From the IMG/VR virus record IMGVR_UViG_3300028549_001120: a stretch of 64,000 bases of DNA; one strand, 5' to 3'. A program made the translations under genes and the position numbers. The notes below the pieces were generated by a model. It searched no databases and had not been told where the DNA came from. It saw only the letters and a program-made list of their open reading frames with translations. This DNA comes from a virus. Positions 44,067 through 53,152 of the stretch are shown here, piece by piece. Every line of letters starts with the position of its first letter. The stretch's first letter is position 1.

Positions 44067-44285
44067 TTAAACTAATTTGAATTTTTTTTCTGTTTTAGAA
44101 TTTTCTAATCCGATTCTAGTTTCTATAATGTGATTACAAACGTCCTCACAAAGTGAATCAAAATCTGAATTAGTAAATTTTCTTTTTAAATGTTGGAAAT
44201 ACAAAATAAAATTTCCATCTTTGTCTATAGAAATTGCAAATGTTGCATTTGTAGTTTCTAAAATCAATTCCTTTAATCTTTTCAT
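44067..44285 (-). CDS. Hypothetical protein
   Basis: 72-aa ORF with an ATGA overlap upstream. Confidence 0.6.
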   Translation of the reverse strand: MKRLKELILETTNATFAISIDKDGNFILYFQHLKRKFTNSDFDSLCEDVCNHIIETRIGLENSKTEKKFKLV

Positions 44286-44881
44286 TTTTTCAAAACAGTA
44301 TATGGGTAAAAATCTATATTAAAAAAGTCAACTTGTACGCCAATTCCCATAAGTCCAGCAATTGCTATTACTCTTCCTTCCTTACCTATTGAAGTTTTCA
44401 TTGAATCAGTCCATTCATTCAACCATCCTTCGGAATTAGTATCTTCTGGGACAATTTTTACCTTGTCTCCTACATTGATTCCGGATTTGATTTGATTTTC
44501 TATATACAATTTTTGTGCATCTGTAGCATTCTCCTCTGTAATAGAATCCAATTGTGTAGGCATTTTTGGGAATTCAAATGTACTTGATATTTTCTGAGTT
44601 ACTAAATTATAGAAAAATACAGTTAAATATTTTTTATGAACTGCATAAGTAATTGAATCCGGGAATTTCCATACAGACAATTTTTCGTCTTTTCTCTTGA
44701 GTTTTATTTCCTCATAATTTCCTCTACCAAATAGTCTAACTTCTGGTCTACTTCCGTAAAATTCTATTTGCATTAGTTTATCATAGAATCTAAAGGAATT
44801 GCTCATACTACATAAATTTAGAAAAGCTTGGTGAACTCCTTCTAAATGTAAAACTTCGGCTGGTTTATTTTCAGAACTCAT
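44282..44881 (-). CDS. Hypothetical protein
   Basis: ORF 44282..44890. The ATG at 44881 (MSSENK) is the likelier start. Confidence 0.6.
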   Translation of the reverse strand: MSSENKPAEVLHLEGVHQAFLNLCSMSNSFRFYDKLMQIEFYGSRPEVRLFGRGNYEEIKLKRKDEKLSVWKFPDSITYAVHKKYLTVFFYNLVTQKISSTFEFPKMPTQLDSITEENATDAQKLYIENQIKSGINVGDKVKIVPEDTNSEGWLNEWTDSMKTSIGKEGRVIAIAGLMGIGVQVDFFNIDFYPYTVLKK

Positions 44882-45266
44882 AAATAGCAACTAATTTAGA
44901 TTTGTTAAAAGAACGCCAAGCTTTAGATTGTAAATCGAAATACGTTTGAATTTCTGGATTTGATTTTCTTTCCTTAGGTTCTACTGGAGCAAAGTGTCCA
45001 TTTAGTTCCTTTGTAAGGGTTTCGATAGCTTCTACTTTTTCAGTTCCTGGGTCCATATTTAAAATATGGTAAGCTGCTTCTAAAGTCTGATTTTTCTTTT
45101 CTAGGACTTTTTTATCTATCGGAATTAAATCTTGATTTAATGTTCCAATAGCTAATCTAACTTCGCCGTCTGTTTTTTCGAATTCGAAAATAGTAACTCC
45201 ATTCAATAGTTTTTCATAAACTAAAGTTGAGTCTTCTGCTGGGTTTTTAATTTCTGTACGTTTCAT
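44871..45266 (-). CDS. Hypothetical protein
   Basis: 131-aa ORF. Confidence 0.6.
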   Translation of the reverse strand: MKRTEIKNPAEDSTLVYEKLLNGVTIFEFEKTDGEVRLAIGTLNQDLIPIDKKVLEKKNQTLEAAYHILNMDPGTEKVEAIETLTKELNGHFAPVEPKERKSNPEIQTYFDLQSKAWRSFNKSKLVAIYEF

Positions 45267-45286
45267 TTGATATTTGATTTTAATAA

Positions 45287-45520
45287 TTATAAATCCATTC
45301 TAGTCCGATTTTTACTTTCTATCGGATTGTAAGTTTTTGTTTTAGTGGTTAATACTACGAATTTGTCCCTTCCTAATTGTGTCCAATCAATTTTGTCTTC
45401 ATTCATTGCGTAATGAATAGCTGGAACAGTAAGGCCAGGGTGATATTGGTCGATAAATTCTTTTACCGTTATAAAATCCAATCTTTTCTTGAGTACTTCA
45501 CTCTTAGTCATTTTTGCCAT
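45287..45520 (-). CDS. Small HTH DNA-binding protein (Xis/AlpA-like; weak)
   Basis: ITVKEFIDQYHPGLTVPAIHYAMNEDKIDW looks like a winged-HTH. First gene after a promoter. Confidence 0.4.
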   Translation of the reverse strand: MAKMTKSEVLKKRLDFITVKEFIDQYHPGLTVPAIHYAMNEDKIDWTQLGRDKFVVLTTKTKTYNPIESKNRTRMDL

Positions 45521-45546
45521 AATCGCTCTGAATTTTGTTTATTTAG

Positions 45547-45580
45547 CAAATGTATGTATTTTAATCTAAATATAAAAATT
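45547..45580 (-). promoter_or_regulatory. Variant promoter cassette (-7 box TACATTTG)
   Basis: Minus strand: AAATTTTTATATTTAGATTAAAATACA-TACATTTG-CTAAATAAAC. Confidence 0.5.
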
Positions 45581-45583
45581 TAG

Positions 45584-46084
45584 CTATTTAAAATTACGTC
45601 TACCGTATTCAGATAATAATAAAGAATCTACTATCCCGTCGTGAATTTTCTTGGAACGTTCTGTTAAAGTAGGGATTTGAAATTCCGGAAAGATTCTATT
45701 TACTGCTACTTCTGCTGTTTTCTTTGTATCGAGTTTCCCATCCCCTTTAGCAATCAATTTTACTCCTTCGAACATTTCCTTTTGCCATTTCTTAGGTTGA
45801 ACAGCTGTATAAGGTATTTTATTAAGATTCAAAATGGATTTTATTACTGCATAGTGTCCACCGAAACTCCAATTTCCTTTTGCTCCCCATATAGGCATAC
45901 AATGTAAGCTTTCTATTGTACAGTATTTGTCTCCCTCTATTGAATTTAGGATTGCATTTAATTCAATAATGTTTATATCTCCGTCATTCAATAATGGCAT
46001 CGTATACGTCTTAATTCGTGTTCCTTCTAAGATAGAAATACCTCCATTGGTACCAATATCAATTCCTAAATAAATTTTATTCAT
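45584..46084 (-). CDS. RuvC-like Holliday junction resolvase
   Basis: Trimmed to the ATG at 46084 (MNKIYLGIDIGTNGG), 5 nt after the MTase stop. Acidic motifs GIDIG, TIESLH and HDGIVDSLLLSEYG fit the RuvC fold. Confidence 0.65.
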   Translation of the reverse strand: MNKIYLGIDIGTNGGISILEGTRIKTYTMPLLNDGDINIIELNAILNSIEGDKYCTIESLHCMPIWGAKGNWSFGGHYAVIKSILNLNKIPYTAVQPKKWQKEMFEGVKLIAKGDGKLDTKKTAEVAVNRIFPEFQIPTLTERSKKIHDGIVDSLLLSEYGRRNFK

Positions 46085-46089
46085 TTGTT

Positions 46090-46674
46090 TTAGTTTATAA
46101 ATTTTAGAATAGGATCTCCCATAAATCCCTTCTCCCAAATATACCAAGCATAAGCTACTGCACCTTCCCCTTTTATGGGGATTCCGTCTTTATAGCAAGC
46201 TATACGGCTTGACATAATACATACATATTTAGGAGGATAAGACTTAAAAAATTCTTTTCTTTTATTACTTTCTAGCCAAAGTACTTTCAAATAAAGATAT
46301 AGAAAATTCCCAGGTTTTAAAAGTTCCATCGACTTCTTAGCAAATTCCAATGATAAATTATATGGTGGATTTGTTAATAGGTTTCCATTATATTCAGAAT
46401 TTATATTTAGAAAATCTACCCCACTTTCTCCAAATCCATAGTCATATAAATCGGTAGATTTTACATCATACCCTAATTCTAACAATTTATTGGATAAATC
46501 TCCTTTTCCACAAGCCATTTCCCAAATGGGAAGATTTTTATTTGGAATTACTTCTGGTAAATCTCTGAATAAAACCTCTATAGCTTTCGGCTGAGTAGAA
46601 TAAAAATCTACTTCTTGTCTATCTTCCCCTACGTGATTACTAGCTCCCATAGTTGTAAAAATTTTTCTACTCAT
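46090..46674 (-). CDS. N6-adenine DNA methyltransferase (small phage type)
   Basis: Motif I-like WEMACGKGDLS and motif IV LLTNPPYN. Confidence 0.75.
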   Translation of the reverse strand: MSRKIFTTMGASNHVGEDRQEVDFYSTQPKAIEVLFRDLPEVIPNKNLPIWEMACGKGDLSNKLLELGYDVKSTDLYDYGFGESGVDFLNINSEYNGNLLTNPPYNLSLEFAKKSMELLKPGNFLYLYLKVLWLESNKRKEFFKSYPPKYVCIMSSRIACYKDGIPIKGEGAVAYAWYIWEKGFMGDPILKFIN

Positions 46675-46900
46675 TTTCTAAATATTCTTTATAATTTTTC
46701 TCTGTTAATTCATTGATTGAAATAATTACGATAGTAGCATTTTCTAACTCCTGTTCTGGTAAAAGCTCTAAAATTTCTGAAATAATAAATTGCCTACTTG
46801 GGAATTTATCAAAAGTAGAAATATGGAGTTCACCAAAACCTGTGATTCTCCCACTTATTGTATAAGTAAAAGAAATAAGAAAAAATCTATTGTCCTTCAT
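46667..46900 (-). CDS. Hypothetical protein
   Basis: 77-aa ORF overlapping both neighbours. Confidence 0.55.
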   Translation of the reverse strand: MKDNRFFLISFTYTISGRITGFGELHISTFDKFPSRQFIISEILELLPEQELENATIVIISINELTEKNYKEYLENE

Positions 46901-47204
46901 AATATTTTATTTTATCAATCATATAACTCTCATCAAACTTTACTCCATTTGATTTTAAAAAGATGTAGTGGGTTTCAAATAAATATTTCATATAATGCTT
47001 TTTGTCCCCGTATTCTACGTGCTCTTCTCGAGTAACTGCCATTAAATTTTCAATCCGGTCTTTGTCTCCTAAAGGATTTCCCCCGCTGCCTTTGCACTCG
47101 ATATGGTGAATATCTACTGCTCTATTTCCGGATATTTCGGAGGGAATAAAATCTTCCCCCGAATATCCTAACGCTTTCATATAAATTTTTGTATGATTTT
47201 TCAT
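46887..47204 (-). CDS. HNH endonuclease-like protein
   Basis: AVDIHHIECKGSGGNPLGDKDRIENLMAVTREEHVEY (H-H ... N ... H). ATGA overlap with thyA. Confidence 0.55.
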   Translation of the reverse strand: MKNHTKIYMKALGYSGEDFIPSEISGNRAVDIHHIECKGSGGNPLGDKDRIENLMAVTREEHVEYGDKKHYMKYLFETHYIFLKSNGVKFDESYMIDKIKYYEGQ

Positions 47205-48370
47205 TTAAGTCCTGTTGAAAGTTTTGCTTTAATATGTGGATGCGGATTGTAACCTTCTAATCTAAATAAATCCGAATCCCATTGTTGTATTGAGTCTAGG
47301 AATAATTTTATGGATTCCTCTGCAGTACAATCTTTATGATTACAGTTATCAATCATATAATGGAATTCATCCTTAAATTCTAAAGTTGGTAGGTCCTTAA
47401 TATCTCTAGACAATTGCTCGTCTACCTGTTCTTTATGATTTTCATAGATATGTACATCCCCGAAAGTATGTATGAATTCCCCTGGTATCATATTACAGAA
47501 TTTTGCAATTATTTCAGTAAGCAAAGAATAACTAGCTGTATTATATGGAACGCCTAAGAATATATCTGAACTTCTTTGATACATCTGGCAATCTAAATAG
47601 TATTTTGGAACTTTATGTTTATCTAAAAATTCCATATATTCAGTTTCAGACATTACATTCCTATTCCAATATTCGTTACTAATTTGCTGTGTTATTAAAT
47701 CATACCGGTCTTGATTTGATAATGGTCTGCAATTGAATTGAACTAAAGCGTGACAAGCATTTAAAGCCATTTGATTTAAAGTAGCCGGATTCCAAGCTGT
47801 AATAATGTGCCTTCTACTTTCCGGATTTTTCTTTAATCCTAAAATAAGTTCATAAAGTTGGTCTACTCTTTCTGAGGTCTCTACAACACTTCCGGGGGAT
47901 TTAATTATAGTTTCTAATACCCTATCTCCCCAATCCCTCCATAATTTACCATATTGAATTCCACAGTCCCCAAAAATGTAACCATTATTGAAATGGGTTT
48001 TCGAAAGTTCATTTAATCCCATTACAGATTCACGTCTTACAATCTCTACAAAATCTTCAAATGTTACTGAATTTTGACTAATAGCTTTACACGATTTTAA
48101 ATAATAGTTATAAGCATCTTCATTCCAGATATTACAACCATTCTCTACTAAGAATTTAATATTGGTATCGCCTTTCAAAAACCAAATCAATTCTATTACA
48201 ATATTCTTGAATGAAAGTTTTTTGGTTGTAAGTAATGGAAAACCTTTACTTAAATCGTGTCTAAATTGTGCACCGAATAAACTTATTGTTCCGGGCATAT
48301 TTTCTCTTGCTGGGGATTTATAAGTTCCCTTAGATTTAATCTCTTCTAAAAGTTTATGATACTGTTCCAT
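47201..48370 (-). CDS. thyA: Thymidylate synthase (ThyA) with three insertions
   Basis: GFPLLTTKK, ELIWFLKGDTN, SRRHIITAWNP, catalytic ALNACHALVQF, MYQRSSDIFLGVPYNTASYSLL, GDVHIY. 389 aa versus about 264 for E. coli ThyA. Confidence 0.85.
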   Translation of the reverse strand: MEQYHKLLEEIKSKGTYKSPARENMPGTISLFGAQFRHDLSKGFPLLTTKKLSFKNIVIELIWFLKGDTNIKFLVENGCNIWNEDAYNYYLKSCKAISQNSVTFEDFVEIVRRESVMGLNELSKTHFNNGYIFGDCGIQYGKLWRDWGDRVLETIIKSPGSVVETSERVDQLYELILGLKKNPESRRHIITAWNPATLNQMALNACHALVQFNCRPLSNQDRYDLITQQISNEYWNRNVMSETEYMEFLDKHKVPKYYLDCQMYQRSSDIFLGVPYNTASYSLLTEIIAKFCNMIPGEFIHTFGDVHIYENHKEQVDEQLSRDIKDLPTLEFKDEFHYMIDNCNHKDCTAEESIKLFLDSIQQWDSDLFRLEGYNPHPHIKAKLSTGLK

Positions 48371-48372
48371 TT

Positions 48373-50277
48373 TTAATCTATTAAAGTGTTATTATTTTCT
48401 TTTATTAAGTCAATGTGTTTGCAATTTAAAGAATCTATATTTTTAGAATGGGTAATTACATAAAGTGTTTTTCCTTCAGCTTTTAATCTCATTAAATCAA
48501 AAGCATCTTCAATTCCTGATTCGTCTAAGCCTTCGAATATCTCGTCCATTATTAAAATGTTAATATTCGAATTTGTAGAGACTACATCGTGAATAGCAAA
48601 AGCAGTTGCAATATCTATTCTTGCTTTCTCTCCCCCTGAAAATTCCTCATAATCTAATTCTACTTTGTCTGCATTGAAGCATTTAGTTAAAAATGGTTTG
48701 CTTGCCTTCTCCATATCAATTGAGAATTGTACCAAGAATCCAAGCCTAGAAGCATACTTTACAATTGATTTATTAAGTAAATTTAGCATTGCATTAAATA
48801 TGAAGCTTTTTAATCCTCCAGAACCAAATCCCTTTTTAATCCACCAATCTGTATCTTCCTTCTCCTGTAATAAGAATTCTTGTCTATTTTCGAATTCTTT
48901 ATTAGCTGATTTCAAATCCTTAATTTCCTTTTCTATAGACTTTAAATCCAATTTAGGAGGGTTTTCATTTTCAATGGATTCAATATCAGATTCTAAATTT
49001 TTGATAGTTTTTTTGGAATTTTCTACATTAGCATTGATTACTTTTATATCAGAATTTATATCTGAAAGTTCATTTTCGCAATTCTTAAATTCCTGTAAAA
49101 CTTTAGTATCTAATTTAGATTTCAACTTTTCAATCTCTTTTTTACAAAGGTCTAAATTCTTTGATAGGGTTTTTTCATTCTTTTCTTGTTCTACTATTAC
49201 TTCCCTTTCTGAATCAATTTTAGATTGAATAGATTTTTTAACAGTTTCTATTTTCTCTTTTGGAAGTGGCTGAGTACAAGAAGGACAAGTTTCCTTTACA
49301 GTAGTGATTTCTAATTCGTACCCATCCATCCTATTTCTAGCGGTTTTAATTTCCTTAATAGTTGAATTGATATTATTAGAAATGGTATCTAATTCGCGTT
49401 CTTTTATTCGAATTTTCTCCTGTAATTCAGTTTGATTGTTTACCTCTAATTTTTTCTTTTCGATTGATTCCTGTAAATCTTTTTGAGAATCTAAAAACTC
49501 TTCTAATTCCTTCTCCAATTTCCTTAGATTAGATTTTTCAGACTTGAGGGAATTTTGTTTTCCTTCTATCCTTTCCTTTCTAGAATCTTCAAAAGATTTT
49601 AGAAGTTCTTTGTATTTAGATTCTTGACTTATTAAAGTTTCTATCCTATTGGTATTATTATCTGATTTAATTTTATTGGAAGTATATTCAGATTCCAAAT
49701 CCGTCATATATCCTTTAGCATTTTCTTTAGCAAGTTCTACAAAATCTGCTTCAAATATGGATTCAAAAATAGTTCTCTTTTCAGCTGGACTTGCTTCGAT
49801 AAATCTCTTCATTCTTTGTCCGAATAAAATAGAAGATAAAAAAGCTTTCGAATCTAACCCAAGAATTTCATTGATATAACTTTGCATATCTGACTTATGA
49901 AGTTCGTCACTTAAAAGTTGTCCGGATTCAAAAATCATAAGCTTAGAACCTCCTTCCATTTTAGAAGTAGTTCCTGTAAAAGAAATGTGCCTAACTATAA
50001 GATATTTTTTATCATCTACAGTTATTGAAATAGCTACTCTGGTTCCCCGCCATTCTTTCGTTCTATACTTTTTAAGGGTAGGTAATTTAGATTGAACTAC
50101 CCCTTTTAAATTCTCCCCGTAAAGCCCCCAAAATAAAGCATTAAATAAAGTAGTTTTACCTGCTCCATTAAAGCCTCTTAAAATGTGAATCCCGTCTCTC
50201 TGGAGTTGAAAAGTTCTATCCGTTATAAAAGAACCAAATCCTTCTACACGTATATTGTTAAAAGTTATATTTTTCAT
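48373..50277 (-). CDS. SbcC/Rad50-like ATPase (T4 gp46 class)
   Basis: Walker A GFNGAGKTTLFNAL, long coiled coil with a CPSC zinc hook, signature SGGEKARIDIA, Walker B ILIMDEIFEGLD. Confidence 0.85.
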   Translation of the reverse strand: MKNITFNNIRVEGFGSFITDRTFQLQRDGIHILRGFNGAGKTTLFNALFWGLYGENLKGVVQSKLPTLKKYRTKEWRGTRVAISITVDDKKYLIVRHISFTGTTSKMEGGSKLMIFESGQLLSDELHKSDMQSYINEILGLDSKAFLSSILFGQRMKRFIEASPAEKRTIFESIFEADFVELAKENAKGYMTDLESEYTSNKIKSDNNTNRIETLISQESKYKELLKSFEDSRKERIEGKQNSLKSEKSNLRKLEKELEEFLDSQKDLQESIEKKKLEVNNQTELQEKIRIKERELDTISNNINSTIKEIKTARNRMDGYELEITTVKETCPSCTQPLPKEKIETVKKSIQSKIDSEREVIVEQEKNEKTLSKNLDLCKKEIEKLKSKLDTKVLQEFKNCENELSDINSDIKVINANVENSKKTIKNLESDIESIENENPPKLDLKSIEKEIKDLKSANKEFENRQEFLLQEKEDTDWWIKKGFGSGGLKSFIFNAMLNLLNKSIVKYASRLGFLVQFSIDMEKASKPFLTKCFNADKVELDYEEFSGGEKARIDIATAFAIHDVVSTNSNINILIMDEIFEGLDESGIEDAFDLMRLKAEGKTLYVITHSKNIDSLNCKHIDLIKENNNTLID

Positions 50278-51260
50278 AATCCTTGTATAAATTTAAGTCC
50301 TAATTCAAGCCTTCTAGAATTCTTTCCGTCTACATTTTCCCAATAGCTTTGAACTAGGTCTGATTTTTTATTATTTACAGTAAATTTTTCTACTTCAAAA
50401 TCGTCATCCTGAGTGTTTTCAATTTCAATTATAGGAACAACAAAATCAGTAGAATCGGGGTCTACTACCTTACTTTTAATAAATTTTGGGTAGCCTTGTG
50501 TCAATACTCTTTCTGGTCCAAAAGTAGGTAAATCTAAGTCTAAAACTAAAAATCCTTTTTCTAATCCCTCATCTCCCAAATCTCTATGTAAGGGTGAACC
50601 GATTAAGTAAAATTTTTCAGTAAGCTTTTCGTAACCGTGAATGTGTCCGCAAAGTACCAAGTCAAATGATTCGAATAACTCATCATCCGGTAAGACATCA
50701 TAAGGTATAAATGGATTAGAATGCTTTGGAGTTTGGTGAATCATTAGGATATTATAAGATTTTTTATATCCCCCTTCCTCTAATTCACAATTTGCAGATA
50801 CTAATTGTTCTTGGAAATGTTCTTTATACTCATAATAAGGGATTCCAAAAATATTCACATCCTGGTCTTTGATAGAATGAACCGAATCATCTATCAAAAT
50901 AAACTCTCTAGGAAATACCTCCGTAAGGTGAGTTAAAGCAGTTTCGGATTTTTGATTCAGAATATTTTTGCTTGCTTGGTCGTGGTTTCCAGAAATTGCT
51001 ATAATTTTTTGGTCTGGGAATTCATTAAAAAGTTCTGCTAAAGTTTTTATAGTTTCATTTACTACTACTGTAGGAATATTCTTTTGCTGGTCGTATAAGT
51101 CTCCTCCGAATAAGGTGAATTTAATCCCCTTTTTATGATTAAATTCAAAAATATCCCTTAAGATTTTAAGTGTATTTTTTAATCTAGAACCCTTCTCATC
51201 ATATTTTTTATAGTTGTGAATATGAAGGTCTGAAAATACTGTTATTAAATTTGTTCCCAT
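50274..51260 (-). CDS. SbcD/Mre11-like nuclease (T4 gp47 class)
   Basis: Phosphoesterase motifs FSDLHIH, GGDLYD, SGNHD, IMIHQ, CGHIHG. Confidence 0.85.
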   Translation of the reverse strand: MGTNLITVFSDLHIHNYKKYDEKGSRLKNTLKILRDIFEFNHKKGIKFTLFGGDLYDQQKNIPTVVVNETIKTLAELFNEFPDQKIIAISGNHDQASKNILNQKSETALTHLTEVFPREFILIDDSVHSIKDQDVNIFGIPYYEYKEHFQEQLVSANCELEEGGYKKSYNILMIHQTPKHSNPFIPYDVLPDDELFESFDLVLCGHIHGYEKLTEKFYLIGSPLHRDLGDEGLEKGFLVLDLDLPTFGPERVLTQGYPKFIKSKVVDPDSTDFVVPIIEIENTQDDDFEVEKFTVNNKKSDLVQSYWENVDGKNSRRLELGLKFIQGL

Positions 51261-51997
51261 ATATTGTTAAAATTTGATATTTGATTATGGTAAATTTTTA
51301 GATTGTACTGTACAAGTGTTGTATTTCTTTTAACTTCCTCTAATTTTTGAAAATCATCCTTAAAAATAGATTTGTAAACTTGTGAAGGGATTCCATTATT
51401 TTCTTTATAAATCTTATTTACATAAGCTTCTCCTAATCCCTTTGGTAAAATTCTTGGAACGTTATCTTTTACATCCCCCAATAAAACTTTTTTTACAGTT
51501 TCCAATTTATAATCTATCTCGTCTGAAATGAACTTTTTACTTTGATATTTATAAAAAATCGTAGTAGGCTTTTGAAGCATTAGCAAACAATCGTTGTCAT
51601 TCGAAACTAAGATAGTATTTTCATATTTTAAAGAATTCAAATAAAGCAAGTCATCAGATTCTAATCCATCGAATCCTTGTATTGGCTCATCTTCTGAAAT
51701 TAAATATTGAATTACTCCGGGTTTCAATGCTTCTATTTCTAGATTAGGTTCACGTTGTGCTTTATAATCATCAAAAAAATCTTTTCTAAAATTGTGAGAA
51801 TCAATACAAATTAAATAACTTGAAATTGGATATTTTTTTTGGATTTCTAAAAGAATATTCTGTATCTGTTGTTGAACTCTGGGGTAAAATTTTTCTGGTA
51901 CAATATTGCCAAACGACCTTACTATATGATAATTTGCATATATCAGAATAGTAAGGTCGAATACGGCTAAATATTTTTTACTGTTTGGCATTCTCAA
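51245..51997 (-). CDS. 5'-3' exonuclease / flap endonuclease (RNase H-type)
   Basis: ICIDSHNFRKDFFDDYKAQR, GLESDDLL, H3TH-like LLGDVKDNVP. Confidence 0.75.
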   Translation of the reverse strand: MRMPNSKKYLAVFDLTILIYANYHIVRSFGNIVPEKFYPRVQQQIQNILLEIQKKYPISSYLICIDSHNFRKDFFDDYKAQREPNLEIEALKPGVIQYLISEDEPIQGFDGLESDDLLYLNSLKYENTILVSNDNDCLLMLQKPTTIFYKYQSKKFISDEIDYKLETVKKVLLGDVKDNVPRILPKGLGEAYVNKIYKENNGIPSQVYKSIFKDDFQKLEEVKRNTTLVQYNLKIYHNQISNFNNIWEQI

Positions 51998-52601
51998 GTC
52001 TTTTTACTGAAATTTGAGACTTTTGAAAAGTTCCAAATCCTTCAACTTTCACTCTGCAATATCTTCTACCGGCTTTGTCCAAATCGTTTACATTTAAGAC
52101 GTATCCTTTGAAAATTTTTCCCTTTTCTGGGGAATTATTGGCTGCTTCAAATTCTACCAAATCTCCTTTTGCTAAGAATGGAATAAATTCTACGTCAATC
52201 CCATTTTCCTTCAAAAATGATTTTCTTTCCTCCAATGCTTCCCCTACTAATGTAGGCAATTCTTGAATTTTGGAATTTAATTCTGAATCCTCCGAACGAA
52301 TTACGGCTGTAGAAGCTTCTTTTCTAACCTTTGCAGGAGCTTTTTCTTTTTTCTCCTTTTTAGGCTTCTCTACTTTCGGTTTTTCTACTTTTGGTTTTGA
52401 TTCTGATTTTTCTTTCGTAGGAGTTTCAGTTTCCTTAGGAGTTTCTTTTGTTGGAGTTCCTCCTTTTTTTGCCCGTCTTTCTGCTAAAATAGATTCTATA
52501 GCTTCTCGCTTGTCATCTTCTTTAACTCTAGTTACTAATAACTCCAATTGTGAAGTCGAATAGTTTTTGTACTTCTGAATAATTTCTTGATTTGTTGACA
52601 T
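51978..52601 (-). CDS. Lys/Glu/Pro-rich protein with the shared MSTNQEI N-terminus
   Basis: Central low-complexity tract TPKETETPTKEKSESKPKVEKPKVEKPKKEKKEKAPAK. Function unknown; could be nucleic-acid binding. Confidence 0.6.
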   Translation of the reverse strand: MSTNQEIIQKYKNYSTSQLELLVTRVKEDDKREAIESILAERRAKKGGTPTKETPKETETPTKEKSESKPKVEKPKVEKPKKEKKEKAPAKVRKEASTAVIRSEDSELNSKIQELPTLVGEALEERKSFLKENGIDVEFIPFLAKGDLVEFEAANNSPEKGKIFKGYVLNVNDLDKAGRRYCRVKVEGFGTFQKSQISVKRLENAKQ

Positions 52602-52665
52602 TTTGATAAATTTTATTTGTTTAACAGGGCAAACTTACTTCTTTTTATTTAGATAAAAAAATTTT
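52590..52665 (-). repeat. 76-nt segment identical to 27155-27230
   Basis: See 27155-27230. In addition, 52582-52604 is identical to 38803-38825 (codons MSTNQEI). Confidence 0.9.
52630..52661 (-). promoter_or_regulatory. Early-type promoter cassette (-7 box TAAGTTTG)
   Basis: Identical to the cassette at 27195-27227. Confidence 0.65.
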
Positions 52666-52670
52666 TTACT

Positions 52671-52697
52671 AAAAAAGTGAAACTTTAACGGTTTCAC
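52671..52697 (-). terminator. Hairpin plus T-run after dut (conserved AAACCGTTAAAGTTT element)
   Basis: Minus strand: GTGAAAC-CGTTAAA-GTTTCAC followed by TTTTTTAGT. The stem changes relative to 38899-38919 are compensatory. Confidence 0.55.
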
Positions 52698-52705
52698 TTT
52701 AATTT

Positions 52706-53152
52706 TTATGCTCCAGTACTTCCAAATCCCCCGGAACCTCTTTCACTCTGATTTAATTCCTCTTCTGTAAATAAATTTGATTCGTCTACCAATTCTACAG
52801 AATCATAAAATACTGGAATTAATATACATTGAAGTAATTTTTTCCCGGGTTGTAAAGTTATAGGAGAGGTTCCTGTATTGATTACATTTAAGTGGATTTC
52901 ACCTGTATAATCTTCGTCAATTACATTAGCTCCGACTACCATTCCTTCTTTAGTAGTAACCCCACTTTTATTATATGCTATTAAAGCATACCCTGTAGGA
53001 ACATTTGCACGAATTCCAGAAGGAATATTGATTCTATCCTGAGGATATAAAATGCAAGGTGCAAAATCGTCGGGTATGAAAAAGTCAATTCCGGCACTTC
53101 TATTGGTTCCTCTTTCTGGTGTTTTTACTGGTCTTACTTTTGATATTTTCAT
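52706..53152 (-). CDS. dut: dUTPase (trimeric family)
   Basis: RSAGIDFF, GANVIDEDYTGEI, C-terminal ERGSGGFGSTGA. Confidence 0.85.
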   Translation of the reverse strand: MKISKVRPVKTPERGTNRSAGIDFFIPDDFAPCILYPQDRINIPSGIRANVPTGYALIAYNKSGVTTKEGMVVGANVIDEDYTGEIHLNVINTGTSPITLQPGKKLLQCILIPVFYDSVELVDESNLFTEEELNQSERGSGGFGSTGA

